This document shows positions 60,958 to 64,000 of a DNA stretch of 64,000 nt, in pieces. Positions within the stretch are counted from its first letter, which is position 1. Each line of letters opens with the position of its first letter. Origin of the DNA: Polymyxa betae A26-41 (lineage: Eukaryota > Protista > Endomyxa: Phytomyxea); contig RBZT01000125.1 in the NCBI GenBank assembly GCA_003693705.1, forward strand, positions 186,001 to 250,000. Direction: 5' to 3'. Under the pieces are notes generated by a model that saw only the letters and a program-made list of their open reading frames with translations, was not told the DNA's origin and made no database searches. The translations under genes were made by a program, and so were the position numbers.

Positions 60958-61961
60958 TACGATTGCAGAAACCGATCGTTAATAGACGTACCTGATACTG
61001 AAGATCAGAGGCTCTTCAGCATGATCAGAATGCTTCTGTCCGCGAGAGTTACTATGCAGATGTTTCCGATCTAGCAATGCTGTTAGATTTAAATTGCATT
61101 ATTTATACAATATCGAACGAAAATTGATTGCATATGAAATTATTTAACGAAAATATTGTCAGCAAATGCTAGAAAAAAAGGAATTCGAGGTTACAAAAAA
61201 GCTGAGGTTATATATGGAGCGATGCGCTAATACTAGATCAAGTCCGTTGCGGATACCGTGGCTCAAGGATTCTATCCGAGCTGCTGGCGAGCTTCAATCA
61301 AATCGCATTCTGCATTTCAATCTGCTTCTGCAGGTGATTAGGTACGATTCAACAGATTTTGTGTTTGCGATGATGCGACATTTAGATGACGAGACTGATG
61401 CCATCGAGACTGTTTTGTTTTAAAACGGGCTCACGGGCAAAGTTGATTGACTATCGAGGCATTTGTCTGAGCTTTTTCGAACCTTTTACATTCTTGTGCC
61501 ACTGCTGATGTTAATTCTGGTGACTAACGTGTGCGTCTTTTAGGATTTGTATGTAAGAAGGCGCCTGGTATCCAGTTACGGTTTCAGGTGGGCACTGATT
61601 TGATCGTTTTCTTTTTATATGATGCTTTTAAATGGTAATTTGCGTCTGAGCAACACATGAAGTTCACATGGTATTCATACTCTGATTCCTTTTCTTTATT
61701 TCCTTGAAGCAACCATTGCATTTCGTTATATTGATGTAATTTGCAGATATTCGAGGAGTGTTCCTGACTATCGTAGTGCATTAGTTTCCAATTTCTGTGT
61801 CAATAAAATGATATCTGGTTTTGATAGAAAAGTTCAAAAAAGCAGAAAACGGTGCTAGGACTGTACGAACTTGATTTTTGGGGGGTTGTCTTTAGGAATC
61901 AAGAATCCAGTCGTTTGATCAATCTCAGGAGTGTATTCAGGCATAATTTAGGTATAATGTT

Positions 61962-64000
61962 CTAGATGACTTCAACATTAACAAGGTGATTGGTGATTTC
62001 TGGTCGATCATCAATCCAGGATTGGAACGGCGTTGCGAAGTTTGTTGCGCTGCAGTCCCAAAGGTACGCATTGAATGCGATTAAATAGAAATAACGGATC
62101 AGGTAGTCTTTGGCTCTTCGAGAAAAAGCCTCACGATTGGTGCTGGTCACTGCTGATGCCGAACGCTGTTTCATGTCCAGAATAGCAACGCGAAGATTCT
62201 GCATAGTGCTAAAGAAGCAATCAGTATGCGAGTCAGAAACTCATCATTAAAATAATGGCAAACCTGCACAGATCAATGACGTGGTCAGTTTCTAATTTGA
62301 TTTTCGGTCCATTCGGCAGCACACGAATAAGGTTCTGGATAATCTTGTAAAACCCATCGGCGAGAGCAGAGTCCTGTTCCAATCAGATTGTGGCAACAGC
62401 GAATGATGGCTCACCAACCTCTCCATTATTAACAGTTCGAGGCAGTTCCTCCAGTTCAACTTTGGAATTTGGCCAATGCAATGCCAGCAAACAACAGATT
62501 ACCATGCCTATAAGTTAGCAGGCTTAAGATCAGAAACTACAAAAAGGGAAAGCGGTTACCAGTTGAAGTCCGGCCTCGTCCCATCTGGCAATTCCAAGAG
62601 ATACAATACTTACTGGAACTCGGTGGAGTATCTCTCAGAAGACTCAGGATCTGATCGAGTGTTTCTGTCGCCGGTAAGTACTTCCAAATTACAGAACGAA
62701 CAGGGGAATATACCAGGTAAAGGAGCATGCTCGTCGCTGATTGGTATACGATGGTACATCTGTTCGCCAAGCAGCGACTGTGAAAACATTTCTCGAGAAC
62801 TGAATTTCAATCTCAGCACCGATTCATACAGGACAATTGTCCATTACGTTAATACACTTTCTGCGCCTTCGATTTGCTCCCAGAAAGAAATCAGATTTCC
62901 ATCTTCGCCCTCATCATGAAGCAGAATTTGGCCGCCATATTTCTTCGCTTCCTTTCCTTCGATCTGAGATTATGAACGATTGAAAGCAATGATGGTACCT
63001 CTAGGATGTCCCGCTTTAGCTGCTTTTCCATCGCTTCCACCCGACGAGTTGTAATTCCGGTATGAATCAAATTTTCATAGGGATTGTCAACGTCCCTTCA
63101 TTAAGCAGTTAGAGAAAGTAAATGAAGCATACCAGTTCAACCTCAAAACAAACGGAAAATCGTTGATATAGACCAACGGTTCTTCCCGTAAATTCATCCA
63201 AACAAAGTCCAGATTAGGCAGGTGCCGTTTTACTTCAGAAATCACGTTCTGAACCCCGATCTAAAAACTGGTTTACAACGAGGTTACAGAATACAGATAA
63301 TACCCACTTTAGTTGGGACAGCAACTCCAACGATTCTCATTGACTCTATGAAACGGAAATTCGGGGCACCTTCCAATATCGGCAAAAGATCTTGCCTTTG
63401 TGCTCCTGGGAAGTAGTCCCCTTTAAGTACCGATAATGGGACTAAAACGGAGCCTAAACAAGAATCACTTATGCGAAGGAAGGTACATTGAGCTTGAGAC
63501 TGTTAAACCTGTTCGATTTTCAAAAACTTGGGCATTCTGATCTGTCGCTAGAATGGCAGGAAGCTTAACAGCATCAAGCGGGGAATTTCGACAATTCTCC
63601 ATCCATAGACCGATCTCACCACGATCGGCCAGCCAAGTTGAAAATTTAGTATCAGCCTAATCAGCGAAGTTAAGTGAAAGACGTTTTACATCATCTATAA
63701 ACTCTTACAGGAAGCTTGCCTTTGAATCTGTCGTGGAGGTACGAATTGATACATACGATATAAGCATATCTATAAGGAGTCTTAAAACGAAAAGAATAAA
63801 TCAAATAAGCCATTAGACAGATACCGTTGCAAATACTGCACACATTTCACCAGATAAACATCTGATTGACCTTGAGATACACGTTCTGTTTCCCAACGCA
63901 TTCTGGCGTCAAAAATCACGTCACGAAGATGATATATCTTCCCACACATTGCAATAGCACAATCGACCTCACGAACAATCTGGCGCCCATTTTTTAGGAT
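61962..64000 (-). CDS. PALD1: Paladin-like (PTP-like phosphatase repeats), 5' part beyond right edge
   Basis: GAPNFR, WMNLREEPLVYIN, GITTRRVEAMEKQLKRDI, YHRIPISDEHAP, NCQMGRGRTSTG, MQNLR..YLIRYFYLIAFNAYL, WIDDRPEI. Confidence 0.93.

Noticed and set aside
61080-61960. AT-rich gap with small ORFs 61166-61423 and 61584-61781 as a possible transposon remnant
   Set aside because: No terminal repeats or transposase/RT motifs were visible.
1-64000. Interpreting the many short same-strand ORFs as pseudogenes, recoding or bacterial operons
   Set aside because: Gaps are consistently ~45-60 nt GT-AG introns that restore conserved eukaryotic proteins under the standard code.

Overview
A gene-dense window from a compact eukaryotic (protist-like) nuclear genome, not a prokaryote. 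About 35 protein-coding genes are packed with short intergenic gaps and split by many ~45-60 nt GT-AG introns, so the ORF track is fragmented. Exon joins below were assembled by hand and some gene ends are approximate. Recognisable housekeeping genes: bifunctional LKR/SDH (AASS, partial), 2OG-Fe(II) dioxygenase, two tandem CNBD-type K+ channels, ECM29, short-form RNase Z, capping protein alpha, CDF zinc transporter, F-box/LRR, R3H-SUZ protein, CMS1, NagD-like HAD phosphatase, TEX47-like, proteasome beta2 and alpha5, NUDT19-like, VPS55-like, Eyes absent phosphatase and paladin (partial). The most striking signals lie at 36-50 kb. (1) A tandem pair of intron-containing, secreted LasA/beta-lytic-type (M23A) glycyl-glycine endopeptidases of apparent bacterial origin; one carries a 13-Gly linker ahead of a Ser-rich stalk and GPI-like tail, suggesting self-release. 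(2) A CYP74-clan-like P450 with an altered catalytic I-helix. (3) A membrane-anchored planctomycete-type cytochrome c domain that has lost its CxxCH cysteines. The EYA gene also has a CID-like N-terminus. No rRNA, tRNA, CRISPR array or intact transposon was recognised. The architecture and gene content fit a flagellate-stage non-metazoan, non-fungal lineage such as a phytomyxid rhizarian, but that is inference only.
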